In this document: positions 62,044 to 64,000 of the stretch, one piece after another
Numbering within the stretch: the first letter of the stretch is position 1
Layout of the letters: each line of letters starts with the position of its first letter
Source of the DNA: Patescibacteria group bacterium
GTDB lineage: Bacteria; Patescibacteriota; Minisyncoccia; Moranbacterales; UBA2206
Length of the DNA stretch: 64,000 nucleotides
Direction: 5' to 3'
NCBI GenBank assembly: GCA_022711335.1
Contig: JAKLFF010000001.1
Location: 40,260 to 104,259, forward strand
Translations under genes and position numbers: made by a program
Notes under the pieces: generated by a model
Databases searched by the model: none
Told to the model about the DNA's origin: nothing
What the model saw: only the letters and a program-made list of their open reading frames with translations

Positions 62044-63110
62044 TTTTCAAAGATAAAAAAATACTCATCACCGGGCATACGGGATTTAAGGGCAGCTGGC
62101 TCACCCAGATACTTTTGAATTGGGGCGCTAAAGTATCCGGAGTTTCACTGTTGCCGGAAACGGCTCCTAATCTTTTTGATATTCTAAAAATAAAAGGGCG
62201 GGCGAATAGTTATTTTTATGATATTAGGAGCTATTATGCAGTAGTAGAGGCTATAAAAGCGGAAAAGCCGGAGATAGTTTTTCATCTGGCGGCTCAGCCG
62301 ATTGTTAGGGTCAGCTATGACGATCCGCTGAAAACTTTTTCTACTAACGTGATGGGAACATCGCATATCCTTCAGGCCATGAAAGAAGCAGGCGGAGTAA
62401 AATCGGCGGTCATCATCACTACCGACAAGGTTTATGAAAACAAGGAATGGATTTATCCATACCGGGAAAACGACGCCTTGGGCGGATATGATCCGTATTC
62501 CGCATCAAAAGCGGCAGCGGATATCATTGCCAATTCTTATGTCCAATCTTTTTTTAATGTTGCTGATTTTCAAAAAAAGCATGATACGCTTGTGGCGATA
62601 GCAAGGGCTGGCAATGTCATCGGCGGGGGAGACTGGGCGCCATATCGCCTGGTGCCGGATATCGTTCGTTCAATATACGAAAAAGATGAATCAGTAGAAA
62701 TTAGAAGTCCGCATGCTATTCGTCCCTGGGAGCATGTTTTGGAGCCGCTTTCCGGATATCTGATGCTGGCTCAAGGTTTATTCGAAGGAAAAAAAGAACT
62801 TTCCGGCGCCTGGAATTTCGGTCCGGACAGCGAAAGCTTTATGACTGTTAAAGAGCTGGTCGCGGGAGCTATTAAATTTTTGGAAAAAGGTTCAGTCGAC
62901 ATCCGGTTGGATCCTGACTCTCAAAAACACGAAGCCGGCCTTCTTACGCTGGATACCAGTAAATCCAAAACTTATTTGGGCTGGAAGCCGAGGCTAAAGT
63001 TTCATGAAAATCTGGAATTTACTTTCAGCTGGTATAAAAATTATTATGAAAAAGCAACTAATCCAATAGAATTTACCAATAGGCAGATAGAGGAATTTTT
63101 TATTAAATAA
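62044..63110 (+). CDS. rfbG: CDP-glucose 4,6-dehydratase
   Basis: KKILITGHTGFKGSWLTQILLNWGAKV is present, with YSASKAA. The start was moved to the ATG at 62044. Confidence 0.85.
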
Positions 63111-63250
63111 ATATCCTTTTTTTGTTGAGGCGGCTCCAGGAGTCGCTTTTTTGTTTGACAGACTATCGCTACGTGATATGATACGTTTTCAGTCTCGACC
63201 GTACTTGTCAAAATTGGCAGTTCTTACATAAACTTGAGAGGAGAGTCGCA

Positions 63251-63793
63251 ATGCTTAAAAAAATCATAGAGCTTCTAGAATCCATGGATTATGAGAATCG
63301 GAAAAGGGCAGCGGTCATTGCCAATTCTTTTATTGATCCATTTAAACCGTATGGGTCGGATTTACATAGTCAATATATCCGGCTAAATCCTAGTGTTTCA
63401 ATAGAAACCGTGGCTATTTGTCGGGGCGTAGGGAGTGGTCGATTGGAAGTGTTTCTTGTTTGGAGAGGCGAAGATGCCCCCGCTTATAAAAACGCCTGGA
63501 ATTGCCCTGGAACTTTTATGAGGCCGGGAGAATCGGAAGAAGTTGGCTTGGATCGACTTTCAGTTCTGGAATACGGATGTCCGATCAGAGCATTGGAAAA
63601 AGTAGGCTGGGATAACAATCCGAATGAGGAACGGGGTCACTGCATTCACCATATCTTTCTGGTTGAATTGCTTGGTAAAGGAACAAAGGGAAAATGGTTC
63701 CCAATCGATTCTTTGCCGCCAGAACTTGTAGAACATCATCGGCAGGTGGTAATTCCCATGGCTGTTAAAACGTTTGAAGAATTGGGAAAATAA
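63251..63793 (+). CDS. Hypothetical protein. It is moderately GC-enriched and could have a Nudix-like fold.
   Basis: 180 aa. PGESEEVGLDRLSVLEYG only loosely resembles a Nudix box, so no firm family call. Confidence 0.4.
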   Translation: MLKKIIELLESMDYENRKRAAVIANSFIDPFKPYGSDLHSQYIRLNPSVSIETVAICRGVGSGRLEVFLVWRGEDAPAYKNAWNCPGTFMRPGESEEVGLDRLSVLEYGCPIRALEKVGWDNNPNEERGHCIHHIFLVELLGKGTKGKWFPIDSLPPELVEHHRQVVIPMAVKTFEELGK

Positions 63794-63808
63794 AAGATTC
63801 ATTTAAGG

Positions 63809-63841
63809 CTCCGCCACCCGAAATCGGGAGGCGGAGTTTTT
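63809..63841 (+). terminator. Rho-independent terminator
   Basis: ctccgcc acccgaaatcggg aggcggag followed by ttttt. Confidence 0.65.
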
Positions 63842-63910
63842 GTATTCCTGTCGGTATTTTGCCAAAATAAATCTTATTGCTATAATAAACCAGAAGCCGA
63901 TTAAGCTTTT

Positions 63911-64000
63911 TTAATTTTTTATGAATATCCTAGTTTCCGGATCAATTGCCTACGATTCTATCATGGATTTTCCGGATCATTTTAAAAATCATATCCTGCC
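63911..64000 (+). CDS. N-terminal fragment of a PfkB-family sugar kinase-like protein, truncated at the window edge
   Basis: MNILVSGSIAYDSIMDFPDHFKNHILP. The GSIAYD start is typical of PfkB/ribokinase-fold kinases. Only 30 codons are available. Confidence 0.3.

Noticed and set aside
63251-63793. Calling the 180 aa protein a Nudix hydrolase
   Set aside because: The PGESEEVGLDRLSVLEYG segment does not satisfy the GX5EX7REUXEEXGU Nudix box spacing. It is left as hypothetical.

Overview
The window is an AT-rich, gene-dense bacterial chromosome segment of roughly mid-30s % GC by eye. Its overall character fits a small-genome, CPR/Patescibacteria-like organism: truncated housekeeping enzymes (AlaS without the C-Ala domain, a short Rel), a bacterial Elp3, and many hypotheticals. 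The left half (1-38 kb) is mostly housekeeping. It holds rlmN (partial), elp3, tRNA-Leu(CAA), parA-parB, rel, topA, dprA, an operon of unknown function encoding a FtsK/HerA-superfamily ATPase, alaS, a GC-rich PEP-CTERM gene, tyrS, speH, an ftsA-like gene, the infA-rpmJ-rpsM-rpsK-rpsD-rpoA-rplQ-rplM-rpsI ribosomal block, rmuC, prmC and prfA. The right half (38.6-63.1 kb) is a large glycan-biosynthesis and glycosylation locus. It contains rmlD, rmlA, galU and rfbF/rfbG. It also has about eight glycosyltransferases (GT2 and GT4), two GT-C-fold membrane glycosyltransferases (one carrying TPR repeats), a flippase, an epimerase, a B12-binding radical-SAM enzyme and a DUF4012 protein. The most unusual feature is a family of 72-80 bp double-hairpin MITE-like elements with terminal inverted repeats TTGTCATTCC...GGAATGACAA. 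There are four copies. Three sit in-frame inside conserved protein-coding genes (elp3, a GT4 glycosyltransferase, the B12-radical-SAM gene) and add a 24-26 aa peptide without breaking the ORF. This resembles Rickettsia palindromic elements. Further GC-rich palindromic in-frame inserts occur in rmlD and prmC. A compositionally foreign (visibly GC-rich) PEP-CTERM protein gene, heptameric GAATTTN inverted arrays in three intergenic regions, and several small Cys-rich ORFs absent from the ORF track were also seen. No CRISPR array, rRNA gene, canonical parS site or T-box leader was recognised. All calls come from reading the sequence and the supplied translations; no searches were run.
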